Below are positions 1-10,294 of a stretch of 64,000 bases of DNA, one piece after another. How positions within the stretch are numbered: the stretch's first letter is position 1; every line of letters starts with the position of its first letter. Location of the stretch: the NCBI GenBank assembly GCA_963797095.1, contig CAWCNY010000002.1, positions 992,001-1,056,000 on the forward strand, written 5' to 3'. The notes beneath the pieces were generated by a model that had not been told where the DNA came from, did not search any database, and saw only the letters and a list, made by a program, of their open reading frames with translations. Source of the DNA: an uncultured Chloroflexia bacterium. GTDB taxonomy: Bacteria; Chloroflexota; Chloroflexia; QHBQ01; JADMIH01. Made by a program: the position numbers and the translations under genes.

Positions 1-85
1 CGAGCACCATGAAAAATGCGGCAGCAAAGCCGGCCACTACTTTATGGGCCAGGGATAGCTTTGGAATTATGAATAAAGTTGCCAT
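1..85 (-). CDS. 5' fragment of a membrane protein, possibly a sensor kinase or chemoreceptor-type N-terminus (runs off the window)
   Basis: ATG at 85 on the minus strand gives MATLFIIPKLSLAHKVVAGFAAAFFMVL..., open to the window edge and resembling a first TM helix. Confidence 0.5.
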   Translation of the reverse strand, partial: MATLFIIPKLSLAHKVVAGFAAAFFMVL

Positions 86-287
86 GATTCGACCTGACAC
101 CCTCAGGCACGCCGATCCGGTAGGGGTATGCTATAACCCGCATAGTAAATATAGCCCAGTTCATCTGACCTCGTAAGCCTACTTAAGTCCGGGCAACTGT
201 TGGCTAATCTTCCTACTACTTCAGATAGCAACAAAGTTGGACAGCACGAACCCTCCTACGCCTCCAACTTCCCAGGTATACAATCTG

Positions 288-342
288 TTTCTAAAAAGAG
301 CACTATTGGCGGCTTTTCCGCCAATAGTGCTCTTTTTAGAAA
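288..342. terminator. Perfect 25-bp inverted repeat downstream of the large SLH gene; probable terminator or REP-like hairpin
   Basis: TTTCTAAAAAGAGCACTATTGGCGG-ctttt-CCGCCAATAGTGCTCTTTTTAGAAA, followed by a second hairpin cacctccccaa-atc-ttggggaggtg. Confidence 0.6.
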
Positions 343-468
343 GCACCTCCCCAAATCTTGGGGAGGTGTTGGGGTGGGGCCTTTGCCCGTTCCCAATCTA
401 CTTTACATACAAATCGAATATTCGAGATGATGTATGTTTCTATTCACAAGACCTCACGCGATTATGCC

Positions 469-3400
469 CTACGGGTGAGTTATCGCAAGATACACAATCT
501 TCGATATCTGCCCCCTCAACGCCGGGTTCCCGGGCCGGAACGTACCGTCCGAATACCCGTTCAATATAGCGTAGCTCACCGCAGTCTCTATATAGCAGTA
601 GAACGAGCTATCGTGCGGCACGTCGCTGAAGTGCCCGCTTGCCGGGCATTGCAGCGTCCACCCCTCCGCCAGCACCACGATCTTCGTCAGCTGCCCCCTC
701 GTTACAAGCGCGTTCGGGCGGAAGTACGGTCGGTTACCCGGCCCAACGCACGGCTCCCCAACCCCACCGCATGGATAGCCGTTGATCAGCCCCGCGTTGT
801 ACGACGTCTCAACGTAATCGTAGAACGTGCTCCCCGCCACCACATCCTCGAAGTGCGGCCCACCGGACGTGTTGATTGCCATCCCCTCGCCCAGCACCAC
901 GATCTTCGTCAGCTGCCCCCTCGTCGTATTGTTCACCGGCTTGAAGCAGGGCGTCCCCGAGTCACATGGCGGGTTCGTGTTGTACCCGTTTATCACCGCG
1001 TGGCACGCCAGGTACTGCACCGGCTCATAGTAATAGTCCGCCGGGCTCACATCCACAAAATTCACCACGCACCCCGTTGGCGTAGGAGTAGGCGTGCCCG
1101 GTGTGCCGCCTACCGGTGTGGTGCTTGCCGTCGGGATCGGCGTCGGCGTAATCGCCCCCGCTACCACCACCAGCGACAGGTTGGTCGAATTGTAAGTTGG
1201 CAGCAGCGACCGCCCGCTCAGCACCAACCCCGTATACGAAGTAAACGTTCCACCGTGGCTGTTGTAAGGCATGATCTGAATTGTATTCCCCACGCTCGGC
1301 ACATACCCACCTACCATCTGTATATTGAGCGTGCCGCTCAGCGTGGCCGTTCCAAGCACATGCAACTGGTCGAAATCCGTCCCGGGGTTCGGTCCGCCTA
1401 TCTGGATAGTAACGGCCCCCGCTACTCCCTGCCGGTACGCCCCGTTCACAGTCAGCACACCAATCGCAGACCCAGGCCTGATCTCTCCCGAGTTGGCTAC
1501 CGTCCCCGTGATCACACCACCTCCCGTCAATAACCCGTCCAGGAAGTTCAGCGTCCCGGTGCTGCTCATATTGCCACCGCTCAGGCTCGTTGTCCCCGCA
1601 TACTGGTTGAAGTTCGGCCCGAAATTGATCACCCCGCTCAACACATCCACCGTACCGCTGTTGTTGAACACCAGCGTGCTCAGCCCCACGTTCGATGTGC
1701 CCGTCCCCGCCGCCTTCCGGAAAGTCCCGTCATTGCTGAAGATAGGCGCTGCTCCATTCTCATAACTTATCGAATCGTTATTCTGGATATTGAACGTACC
1801 ACCCGTCAGCACGTGGAATATCGCGCCCGTCCCCAGATACAATGTGCCGGTGCCTGTCCCATTCATATAAGCTATCCCGCCCAGGTCAAACGTTCGCTCC
1901 CGCAGGCGCTTCTGTGTCGAAACACCGTTCAGGTTCAGCACCGCCCCCACCGGTACGCTCGTGATCCCGGCGTCGACCATATACCCGCCCGACCAGTTCA
2001 ACGTATCCGTTACCGTATATATCCCACTCCCCCCTATCGTCCCATTTATCAGATTGGTAGATGCGCTCGTGGCATTCGAATTGAAATTGACCGTTCCGCC
2101 TGTAACGTTCGTGATACCTGCCATGTTACACACGCCCGCGATATTCACCGCCCCCGCGTTGAAAGTCAGGTTGCCCGATCCCGTCAGCGATGAGCCTGGC
2201 TGTAACGTGTGGTTGCCGCCGTTGAACCGCAGCGTAGCCTGCGATGACATCGTGAATGTCCCCTCGCTCGCTCCACCCCCGTCCAGGCTCAACGTGCCCG
2301 TCAGCACCTGCACCGCCCCGTCGTTGTTGAACAACAGGGAGCCGCTGCTGAGCGTTGACGTACCCGCTCCCCCCGACTTCTTGACCGTCCCGACATTATT
2401 GAAGTTTGCCTGGTTCGTGCCGTTCGCGTACAGGATAGAGTCGTTATTCTCAATGTCGAACACAGCCCCCAGGTTGTTATTGAACGTGGAGTGATTTCCC
2501 ATGTACAGGTAGCCCGTGCCCGTGCTGTTCATCAGCGCCAGGCCGTTGTTGTTCAGCGTCCTCTGGTACAAGTACTTCGATGTCGAGACCCCTGTAAACG
2601 TGAGGATACCTGATGCGTCTATATTCGTGGTCCCAGGCCCGTCTTGTATCCCACCTTGCCACGCCAAATAGGTCATATTCACCGTGCCCGTTCCCGTAAG
2701 CGTGCCGCTGCTCATAAACGCGGTGGTCGTATCCGCGTCCGAATCGAACCTGGCCGTGCCGCCGGTCACGCTGCTGGTGCCCATTATGTCGTATGTCCCT
2801 GCTACGTTCGCCGTCCCCGACTTGAACTCCACGTTCCCATCGCCCGTGATAGACGAGCTACTCCCAAGCAAATGTGTGCCCCCATTGAAGCGCAACTCAG
2901 AGCGCGGGTCAATCTCGAACGACCCGCTATCGGTCCCGCCGCCATCCAGGCTCAAGGTGCCCGTCATAACTTGCACGCTTCCATCGTTCTCGAACGACAA
3001 GCTGCCGCTCCCAATAGTGGAAACCAGCGCGCCGCCCGACTTGACTATCGTGCCTGTATTGATGAAGATGGCAGCCGTGGTGCCGTTTATGAACAGCACC
3101 GAGTCATTGTTCTGAAGGTCGAACACCCCGGTCGAAGTGTTGTTGAAGATTCCCTGGTCGCCGATAGCTATCGTACCGGTGCCTGTGCCGTTCACAACAG
3201 CGTGCCCGTTATTATTGAACACGCGCCCGCGCAGGCTCTTGGTAGCGCTAACACCCGCCACCGTCATCACGCCTGTTGCCGAAATATTCGTCTCGCCCGC
3301 CAGCGTATCGCCCTTGTTCATCGTGCCGCCGGTCCACAGCAGCACATCGGTATCGTACTCGCCATCGCCCGCCAGCGTGCCACCGCTCATGCTTGTGCTT

Positions 3401-4956
3401 GCTGACACTGCGATCGAATTGAATTTGACCGTTCCACCGGTTATATATGTAACCCCCGTGATGTTGTAGTCCCCTCCGATTGTGGTCAGCCCATTGCTGA
3501 ACGTCACATTTCCCTCGCCTGTGATCGAGGATGCCGGGCCGAGGTTATGCGTGCTCCCGGATACTCCGCCAAACCGGAGGGTTGTGTTCGGCAACACAGA
3601 GATCGCACTTACTATTGTATCGTTGAAACCGCCTGCGGCTCCTCCATCAATGCTGAGGGTTCCGGTCAATACATCTATTGGGCCGCTGCTGTTCAAGAAG
3701 AAGAAGTTCGACCCGAATGTCGAGATCCCCGCGCCTCCCGACTTACTTATCGTCCCATAATTATTGAAGGTCGGGTGCTCACCCGTACCATACACAACGG
3801 AGTCATTGTTCAGAATGACGAAACTGCCGTAATTATTGAACACAGCCAGGTTGCCCATCGCATATGTGCCTGTGCCTGTGCCGTTCAAGGTAAATGTGCC
3901 GTGATTGTTGAATGTGCGCTGGTTGAGGGTTTTGGTCGTTCCCGTGCCCGCCATCGTCACGGCTGCGCCAACCGGGATCTCGGTCGTTCCGGTGTCATTG
4001 CTAAACGGCCCATCCATCGTCCCGCCGTTCCAGGTCAACGTGCTGTTAACGGTGAACGTTCCCACTCCGGTCAGCGTTCCGGAGGTGAACTCGACATGAT
4101 CTGCGTTGGCCGATTGCGTGTTTACCGTGCCAATACTGACCGTGCCGCCGTTTATACGCATCACCCCTGAGCCGATAAATGAGGTGTTGTTGTCAAGTAT
4201 CTGCTGCCCGGTTGGGAAACACGCCGCCGATACTGATGAAATATCGAACAGGCCGTTACTCGTACCGCCGTTGGTCATATTCAAGGTGCAAGTATTAGGA
4301 GAAACAGGGGCTGTGGTTAGGCTAACCGTACCTAAATCATTCAAGATGCCGCCGTTCGCGACGGTCAAATTGTCCAGCCCAACCGTAATCGGTCCATCGA
4401 TCTTCACACCACGCCGCAAACCCTGCCCATCCAGCGTGCTTAGTGTTGATACCCCATATTGCGTCCAGCAAGTGCCGCATGTACCGCCCGCATAGCCACC
4501 TATCATTGTCAGTGGGATCGAGATCTCTGCCACTGCGTTCCCAGTGCCCAGGTAGGTCCCTCCCGCCAGCAAAACATAGTCGTCAGGCGCTGCTGACAGC
4601 AGAGCCAACTCTATAGACGTGAAGGTACTCCCGTTAGTACAAGGAGGCGCAGTAGGTTGAGATGTCATGTTATCGTCCACACACCAGTAGCTGGCTGTAG
4701 TCGACATAGCGGGCCTTTCCGCGAACGCCGAATATTGCTCGGCTGCCGTTCTCGCCGTATGAAATGCGTTTGCACTCCTCCCAATCGCGTGGAAGATGCT
4801 CTCAATACCCGAAGTTGCTTGCCCCGAAGAATCCACCACCCCACTTGTAGGGCGAGCGGCCTGCGAATTCTGCGCCATTGCACCCAGCACCAGTAGGATT
4901 ACCACCACAGGGATCGCATAACGCAAATATGCCGGCGTTCTCTTGCTATCTGACAT
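469..4956 (-). CDS. Large secreted beta-helix (autotransporter-passenger-like) surface protein with C-terminal SLH domains
   Basis: Signal peptide after MSDSKR (SD-like AAGGAAGG upstream), repeated G/T/N-rich ~200-aa modules (W.GG.M.G, FNN.GT..KSGG.G.S), a Pro/Thr linker, then three SLH repeats (F.DV...YY, GY...FRP...TRGQ). Confidence 0.85.
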   Translation of the reverse strand: MSDSKRTPAYLRYAIPVVVILLVLGAMAQNSQAARPTSGVVDSSGQATSGIESIFHAIGRSANAFHTARTAAEQYSAFAERPAMSTTASYWCVDDNMTSQPTAPPCTNGSTFTSIELALLSAAPDDYVLLAGGTYLGTGNAVAEISIPLTMIGGYAGGTCGTCWTQYGVSTLSTLDGQGLRRGVKIDGPITVGLDNLTVANGGILNDLGTVSLTTAPVSPNTCTLNMTNGGTSNGLFDISSVSAACFPTGQQILDNNTSFIGSGVMRINGGTVSIGTVNTQSANADHVEFTSGTLTGVGTFTVNSTLTWNGGTMDGPFSNDTGTTEIPVGAAVTMAGTGTTKTLNQRTFNNHGTFTLNGTGTGTYAMGNLAVFNNYGSFVILNNDSVVYGTGEHPTFNNYGTISKSGGAGISTFGSNFFFLNSSGPIDVLTGTLSIDGGAAGGFNDTIVSAISVLPNTTLRFGGVSGSTHNLGPASSITGEGNVTFSNGLTTIGGDYNITGVTYITGGTVKFNSIAVSASTSMSGGTLAGDGEYDTDVLLWTGGTMNKGDTLAGETNISATGVMTVAGVSATKSLRGRVFNNNGHAVVNGTGTGTIAIGDQGIFNNTSTGVFDLQNNDSVLFINGTTAAIFINTGTIVKSGGALVSTIGSGSLSFENDGSVQVMTGTLSLDGGGTDSGSFEIDPRSELRFNGGTHLLGSSSSITGDGNVEFKSGTANVAGTYDIMGTSSVTGGTARFDSDADTTTAFMSSGTLTGTGTVNMTYLAWQGGIQDGPGTTNIDASGILTFTGVSTSKYLYQRTLNNNGLALMNSTGTGYLYMGNHSTFNNNLGAVFDIENNDSILYANGTNQANFNNVGTVKKSGGAGTSTLSSGSLLFNNDGAVQVLTGTLSLDGGGASEGTFTMSSQATLRFNGGNHTLQPGSSLTGSGNLTFNAGAVNIAGVCNMAGITNVTGGTVNFNSNATSASTNLINGTIGGSGIYTVTDTLNWSGGYMVDAGITSVPVGAVLNLNGVSTQKRLRERTFDLGGIAYMNGTGTGTLYLGTGAIFHVLTGGTFNIQNNDSISYENGAAPIFSNDGTFRKAAGTGTSNVGLSTLVFNNSGTVDVLSGVINFGPNFNQYAGTTSLSGGNMSSTGTLNFLDGLLTGGGVITGTVANSGEIRPGSAIGVLTVNGAYRQGVAGAVTIQIGGPNPGTDFDQLHVLGTATLSGTLNIQMVGGYVPSVGNTIQIMPYNSHGGTFTSYTGLVLSGRSLLPTYNSTNLSLVVVAGAITPTPIPTASTTPVGGTPGTPTPTPTGCVVNFVDVSPADYYYEPVQYLACHAVINGYNTNPPCDSGTPCFKPVNNTTRGQLTKIVVLGEGMAINTSGGPHFEDVVAGSTFYDYVETSYNAGLINGYPCGGVGEPCVGPGNRPYFRPNALVTRGQLTKIVVLAEGWTLQCPASGHFSDVPHDSSFYCYIETAVSYAILNGYSDGTFRPGNPALRGQISKIVYLAITHP

Positions 4957-5297
4957 TGCTCTTCGTCCTTCCTTGATAATGTACAAATACTGCGTGTAAC
5001 GAGTGGGGATGTCGTTGTGCAAGCCTCACAGCACTAATCATCCTCAGAAAATATCATCCTGGCCCGGAAGCATCCCAAACATCGGACCTTGAATTGCTTG
5101 GCAGTAGAGCCGAAACTTCACCCAGGCGAAAACCACCCCTTCTCTTGCATTCTAGTAGCGTGCTCTATATACAACAATAGGCAAACAGTCCTACCCCTCG
5201 CGACATATGTACAGCAATTATGTACTACCCGTGCCTGGCATCCGCATCCGTGGGTGACTAACCGCGCCTGGCGAAGCTGGCTGAAGCACCCCTCGCA

Positions 5298-5380
5298 AAA
5301 AACTGTACCAAAGTACACCCCAAAATCTGTCCAGATTTGTCCCGCCAATGCCATATAGTAAGTGAGGGCAAGTCCAACCC
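5298..5380 (+). repeat. Dispersed ~83-bp intergenic element, copy 1
   Basis: AAAAACTGTACCAAAGTACACCCCAAAATCTGTCCAGATTTGTCC...GAGGGCAAGTCCAACCC; ungapped match to the reverse complement of 20726-20808. Confidence 0.85.
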
Positions 5381-5560
5381 TTGAAAAGAGAATGGCAGAA
5401 GGAGGTGAGCGGTGTTGGTTCGACAAAACTGAGGCTGATCGCCCTGGCTTTGAAGGGATCAGAGCGCAGACTGGGTGCGCGCCATCTTTTAGGAAGGAAA
5501 GAAAAATGATACCCTCTAGGTGAAAACATCCCGGCTAAGGCCGAAATCCTGGAGGGTATC

Positions 5561-7017
5561 ATGCAGAGTAGCGAGTTTCAGGCCGTTTGCGACCTGTCAC
5601 CTGCCCTCACTAGTATTGTGAAGGAATTTGAGGGGCTTGTCAAACAGCTTTGGATATATGCTCAACGCAACCCGGATGCTACTTTGAGCAGTCTCGAAGA
5701 AAGAGCACGTCAACTGCGCTCGGACTGTTTCGCCTCAGCCTTAGAAGCCGCAGCCCAACTGCATCGTGCCATGATAGAGGAAGAATGGCTGCTTGGGCAC
5801 AAGCAGTGTGACTGCGGGCAGACACCCCAGTACAAGGGTAAGCAGCGGCGCACTGTGCAAACATGGGTAGGCACGGTCACATTGGAGAGAGGTTACTTCT
5901 ACTGTAAAGGGTGTGGCACCGGACGCTACCCGCTGGATGAGGCTCTAGGCATACCCGCACGGGAACACTTCTCGGACGGAGTGCAACAAGGAGTGTGCCT
6001 GCTGGGTGTGCAGATGCCTTTCGAGCAGGCTGCACATGCAGTGGAGGTACTCACTGGCATGTCGGTCTCTCCAAGAGAAGCCGAGCGCATGACTGAACAG
6101 AGGGGGCTTACATTAGAGGAGAGCTTGCAAGAGGAGAGCTTGCAAGAGGAGAGCTTGCAAGAGGAGAGCTTGCAAGAGGAGAGGAGAGCTTGCAAGCAGA
6201 AGATCAAACGCTAGGGGCAAGTCCCACCTCTCAGAAAGGTTCAAAGGTTGCAGATGGAGCATTGGGCTTGGGCACATGGGCGGCGACGCTGGACGCTGGC
6301 AAGGTGCGCTACGAAGATGGGTGGCATGACGCTAAAGCGGGAGTGGTGTTTTGGGCCGAGCCTGCATACAACGAAGCAGGAGAGATAGAGGGGGCAAGAG
6401 CCACCCATCAGAGCTATGTGGCGGAGGTCGGCTCGATGGAGCGGGCAGGAAAGCGGTTGAGTGCTGAAGCATGGAGGAGAGGGATAGGCCCTGAGGAGCA
6501 GGTTGTATGTCTGGGAGATGGGGCACCCACCAACTGGATACAGTTCGATGAGCACTTTGCCAACAGGGTAGAGGTACTCGACTGGTATCACGCCATGGAG
6601 CACCTGTGGCAAGCAGGTAATGGTATCTTCGGGCAGGGCACACCAGACGCCGCAAGATGGGTGAAGCGTTGGGAGAAGGAATTATGGGAGGGAAGGGTAG
6701 AAGCAGTCATTGTGGCTCTACACAGAGAGAGCAAACGTGAAGGGGAGGCGGGAGAAGCGGCACGAGAGCAGATTCATTACTTCCAGACGAACAAAGAGAG
6801 GATGCGCTACTCCGAGTACCGGGCATTGGGCTTCCCAGTTGGTTCAGGCACGGTGGAGAGTGCATGCAAGCGGCTGATTGGTGCCCGTCTCAAGGGAGCA
6901 GGCATGTGTTGGAGCAAACCAGGAGCACAAGGGGTGCTGACACTGAGAGCCGAACTGCTCAGTGAGAGGTGGGAGCAATGCTGGCCCAAAACTCGCCCTC
7001 TCAGAAAAGTCGCCTAA
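5561..7017 (+). pseudogene. ISKra4-family transposase split into two frames (5561-6214 and ~6181-7017)
   Basis: N-part has Zn-finger motifs (CDCG, YFYCKGC, PLDEALG). C-part has CLGDGA, LDWYHA and GSGTVESACK..RLKGAGMCW. The frames change inside a 15-bp tandem repeat. Confidence 0.85.
6116..6195 (+). repeat. 15-bp tandem repeat GAGGAGAGCTTGCAA (4 copies + GAGGA + 1 copy)
   Basis: Directly visible; encodes EESLQ repeats. Confidence 0.95.
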
Positions 7018-7049
7018 ACGATGGCGCGCACCCGCGCAGACTTTTCCAC

Positions 7050-7078
7050 TTGCAATGCGCATTGCGCTATGCTATAAT
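7050..7078 (+). promoter_or_regulatory. Sigma70-type promoter for tRNA-Ser
   Basis: TTGCAA-17 nt-TATAAT with extended -10 TG. Confidence 0.75.
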
Positions 7079-7126
7079 TACCGTGCATGAGCGTGCATAG
7101 CAGGTGCGCTCAACCCATTTGTGTGT

Positions 7127-7217
7127 GGGGAGATGCCAGAGAGGTCGAATGGGGCCGCCTGCTAAGCGGTTAAGCGACGTTTAAGTTGCTTCTAGGGTTC
7201 GAATCCCTATCTCCCCG
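7127..7217 (+). tRNA. tRNA-Ser (anticodon GCT); CCA not encoded
   Basis: Acceptor stem GGGGAGA/TCTCCCC plus G discriminator, anticodon arm GCCGC-CT-GCT-AA-GCGGT, long variable arm, T-loop GGTTCGAATCC. Confidence 0.95.
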
Positions 7218-7689
7218 CCCCTTTCCTTTATGTCCCTAGCTTGTAACTTCCAATACCCCTGACCCTTCCCAGCCAGTTTCCACTTACATTACCCACATCA
7301 ACCAAGTTCGCACTCCACCCTTTGTTATCACCTAACCCCTCGTGCTTTCTGATCCAGCGAGCCATTGCCGAACCTGCGAATCCTATCTCTTCTTGATCGG
7401 ATGTAGGCGGTGGTCTTCAGGACCAGTTTTCGCACAACCGTGCCGCGCAACGAATGCGACTCGCTGCTTTCCTCCTATCTACTCAAAGTCTTATCGTGTG
7501 CGCAAAACTGATCCGGCAACCGGTAGCGTTCCATAAAGTAGGAACCAGGAACCAGAAACCAAGGATCAGGAACTGACAATCGTGTATGGAAAATGGCAAG
7601 CGTCATACGCACCCGGCACAATACCTATAGCCAGGTAATGCAATCGAATAGAACCAGCATAATCCGCTCAATGAAGAGAGGAAAACATA

Positions 7690-8667
7690 ATGGAAGAGAT
7701 GCAACGAAATCTTGCGCTTGAACTGGTCAGAGTAACAGAAGCAGCAGCGCTCGCGGCCGGGCTTTGGCTGGGGCGCGGCGATAAGATAGGCGCAGATGCG
7801 GCGGCGGTAAACGCAATGAGGCACACCCTGGCACGCATTGATATGGATGGTGTGGTAGTGATCGGTGAAGGTGAAAAAGATGAAGCCCCTATGCTCTACC
7901 TGGGTGAGGAGATTGGCAACGGCCGCCCCCCCAAAGTAGATATAGCCGTCGACCCTGTTGACGGCACTCGCCTCCTGGCACTTGGTATGCCTGGAGCTAT
8001 CGCGGTGGTGGCTCTCGCCGCCAGAGGTACGATGTTCTCAGCCCCGCCCGGTGTCTATTACATGGAGAAGATCGCGGTTGGCCGAGAGGCTCGCGGGGTT
8101 ATCGACATCCGCAAATCGGTAGCCGACAACATTGCCGCTGTCACAAAGGTGTTGGGGCGCGAAGAAGGCAACGTCACCGTTATGGTGCTCGACCGGCCTC
8201 GCCACGAACAACTGGTGAAAGACATCAGGGCTACAGGGGCGCGTGTGCGCTTCATACCCGACGGCGATGTAGCAGGCGCTATCGCTGCCGCCGACGAAAC
8301 CACCAGCGTTGATATGCTCATGGGTATAGGTGGTGCCCCTGAAGCTGTAGTAGCAGCCTGCGCCCTGAAAGCGCTGGGCGGCGATATGCAGTGCAGGCTC
8401 TATTTCCGAAGTGATGCTGAGCGCCAGGCTGCCGCGTCAGCAAGCATGAGCCAGGATATCGTCTACACAATCGATGACCTGGTGACAAGCGACGATGTCT
8501 TCTTCGCCGCCACCGGCATCACAGACGGCGAGTTACTTCGAGGCGTTCGTTACGGAACAGGCACAGCTACCACCGACTCGGTGGTCATGCGCGCCAAGTC
8601 GGGCACCATCCGCTATATGCATGCTGTGCATCATGGAGACAAACTGTCAAACATCGTGAATTATTGA
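7690..8667 (+). CDS. glpX: Class II fructose-1,6-bisphosphatase
   Basis: RNLALELVRVTEAAALAA, VVIGEGEKDEAPML, DIAVDPVDGT, FAATGITDG. Confidence 0.96.
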   Translation: MEEMQRNLALELVRVTEAAALAAGLWLGRGDKIGADAAAVNAMRHTLARIDMDGVVVIGEGEKDEAPMLYLGEEIGNGRPPKVDIAVDPVDGTRLLALGMPGAIAVVALAARGTMFSAPPGVYYMEKIAVGREARGVIDIRKSVADNIAAVTKVLGREEGNVTVMVLDRPRHEQLVKDIRATGARVRFIPDGDVAGAIAAADETTSVDMLMGIGGAPEAVVAACALKALGGDMQCRLYFRSDAERQAAASASMSQDIVYTIDDLVTSDDVFFAATGITDGELLRGVRYGTGTATTDSVVMRAKSGTIRYMHAVHHGDKLSNIVNY

Positions 8668-8745
8668 GAATGAGACCGAGGATAAGGATTAGCGAGAAGT
8701 CGATCCTGATCCCCTACCTCCCGTCCCTAACTCCTGGAGAAAACA

Positions 8746-10236
8746 ATGGATAGAGATCAAAAACAACAAAACAGTAGAAACGGCTACGCGCGTTACAACC
8801 GGCATCGCGGTGGCACCAAGAAGAGCAGAGGCAGGGAGCAGCAGTTCGACCAGGGTATGGACGATGGGAACATGATGAATGGGAACGTAGCCACAACTCT
8901 TGCGGATGGTGGCAACGGCGCTAGCCCAGGTATGCTTGTGCTGCCCGATAGCCAGGTAGCCGCGGGCCCCTCAAAGGTAATGCACACCCTGGCTGAGCTG
9001 GAAGCCCGCAACATGGACGACCTCCAGGAGATGGCCAAAGAACTGGACATCTCCGGCTACAGCCGCCTCAAGAAGCAAGACCTTGCCTTCCGCATCCTTC
9101 AGGCTCAGACCGAGCAGCAGGGCAACATCTTCAAAAAGGGTATCCTCGATATCATGGATGATGGTTTTGGCTTCATGCGCGTGACCAGCTATCTCCCCAG
9201 CCCCAGCGACGTGTACGTGAGCCAGAGCCAGATCAGGCGCTTCGGCCTGAGGCCGGGCGATGTGGTGGTGGGGCAGGTGCGCGCCCCCAAAGAGGGCGAG
9301 AAGTATTACAGCCTGTTGCGCGTGGAAGTGGTGAATGATATGGACGCGGAGACCGCGAAGAAGCGCCCGCACTTCGGCGACCTCACCCCTATCTTCCCGA
9401 CCCAGATGTATAACCTTGAGACGGGCCAGCAGCAAATCTCGACACGCCTGCTGAACCTGGTGGCCCCGATCGGTCGCGGCCAACGCGGGCTGATAGTGTC
9501 GCCTCCTAAAGCGGGGAAGACGCTGCTCCTGAAGGCCATCGCCAACGGCATCGTCGCCAACTATGGCAACGAGGTGCATCTTATGGTGTGCCTGATCGGT
9601 GAGAGACCGGAGGAAGTGACTGATATGGTGCGCTCGGTAAAGGGTGAGGTGATGGCCTCTACCTTCGACGAGCCTGTGGAGGACCATGCCAAAGTAGCTG
9701 AGTTGACGCTGGAGCGCGCCAAGAGATTGGTGGAAGGGGGGCAGGATGTTGTTATCCTGCTGGACTCGATCACGCGCCTGTCGCGAGCCTACAACACGCT
9801 GATGCCGCCATCGGGCCGCACCCTCACAGGCGGCATGGACCCTATCGCCCTCTACCCGCCTAAGCGCTTCTTTGGCGCAGCCCGCAACATCGAGGAGGGC
9901 GGCTCGCTCACCATCATCGCCACCTGCCTGGTAGACACCGGCTCGCGAATGGACGATGTAGTGTACGAGGAGTTCAAGGGTACAGGCAATATGGAATTGC
10001 ACCTCGATCGCAAATTATCCGAGAAGCGCGTCTTCCCGGCCATAGAGATACCCAAATCGGGCACACGCCGCGAAGAGATGCTTTTCGACGAGAATACCTA
10101 CAGGCAGGTGCTCACAATGCGCCGAATGGTAAGCGTACTGGGCGGTACCGAGGGTCTGGAGCTACTGCTTGCCCGCCTGTCCAAAACGAAAGATAACAAC
10201 GAGTTCCTTGCGACCCTCACCAAGGATATTCTCTAG
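8746..10236 (+). CDS. rho: Transcription termination factor Rho
   Basis: [53 protein letters not shown]. Confidence 0.98.
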   Translation: MDRDQKQQNSRNGYARYNRHRGGTKKSRGREQQFDQGMDDGNMMNGNVATTLADGGNGASPGMLVLPDSQVAAGPSKVMHTLAELEARNMDDLQEMAKELDISGYSRLKKQDLAFRILQAQTEQQGNIFKKGILDIMDDGFGFMRVTSYLPSPSDVYVSQSQIRRFGLRPGDVVVGQVRAPKEGEKYYSLLRVEVVNDMDAETAKKRPHFGDLTPIFPTQMYNLETGQQQISTRLLNLVAPIGRGQRGLIVSPPKAGKTLLLKAIANGIVANYGNEVHLMVCLIGERPEEVTDMVRSVKGEVMASTFDEPVEDHAKVAELTLERAKRLVEGGQDVVILLDSITRLSRAYNTLMPPSGRTLTGGMDPIALYPPKRFFGAARNIEEGGSLTIIATCLVDTGSRMDDVVYEEFKGTGNMELHLDRKLSEKRVFPAIEIPKSGTRREEMLFDENTYRQVLTMRRMVSVLGGTEGLELLLARLSKTKDNNEFLATLTKDIL

Positions 10237-10294
10237 TTCCGAAGCGAAATCTCTCGCCTAAAGCAATTGCGCGAGAGATTTTGTTTTAGAGACC

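Larger units (their letters stand above)
5473..7033 (+). mobile_element. ISKra4-like (DDE, Mutator/IS256-related) insertion sequence, 1561 bp
   Basis: Terminal IRs GGGTGCGCGCCATC(T/G)TTTAGG match at 20/21 positions; 9-bp direct repeat GCGCAGACT at 5464-5472 and 7034-7042; transposase motifs inside. Confidence 0.92.

Noticed and set aside
358-4495. Multiple long plus-strand ORFs
   Set aside because: Antisense shadows of the repetitive high-GC SLH gene, with no recognisable motifs.
5298-5380. Dispersed element as a conserved micro-ORF (KTVxKYTPK...)
   Set aside because: No conserved start codon, and in-frame stops occur in copies 1 and 3.
7127-7690. Integrative element at tRNA-Ser
   Set aside because: No integrase and no duplicated tRNA 3' end was seen; core genes follow directly.
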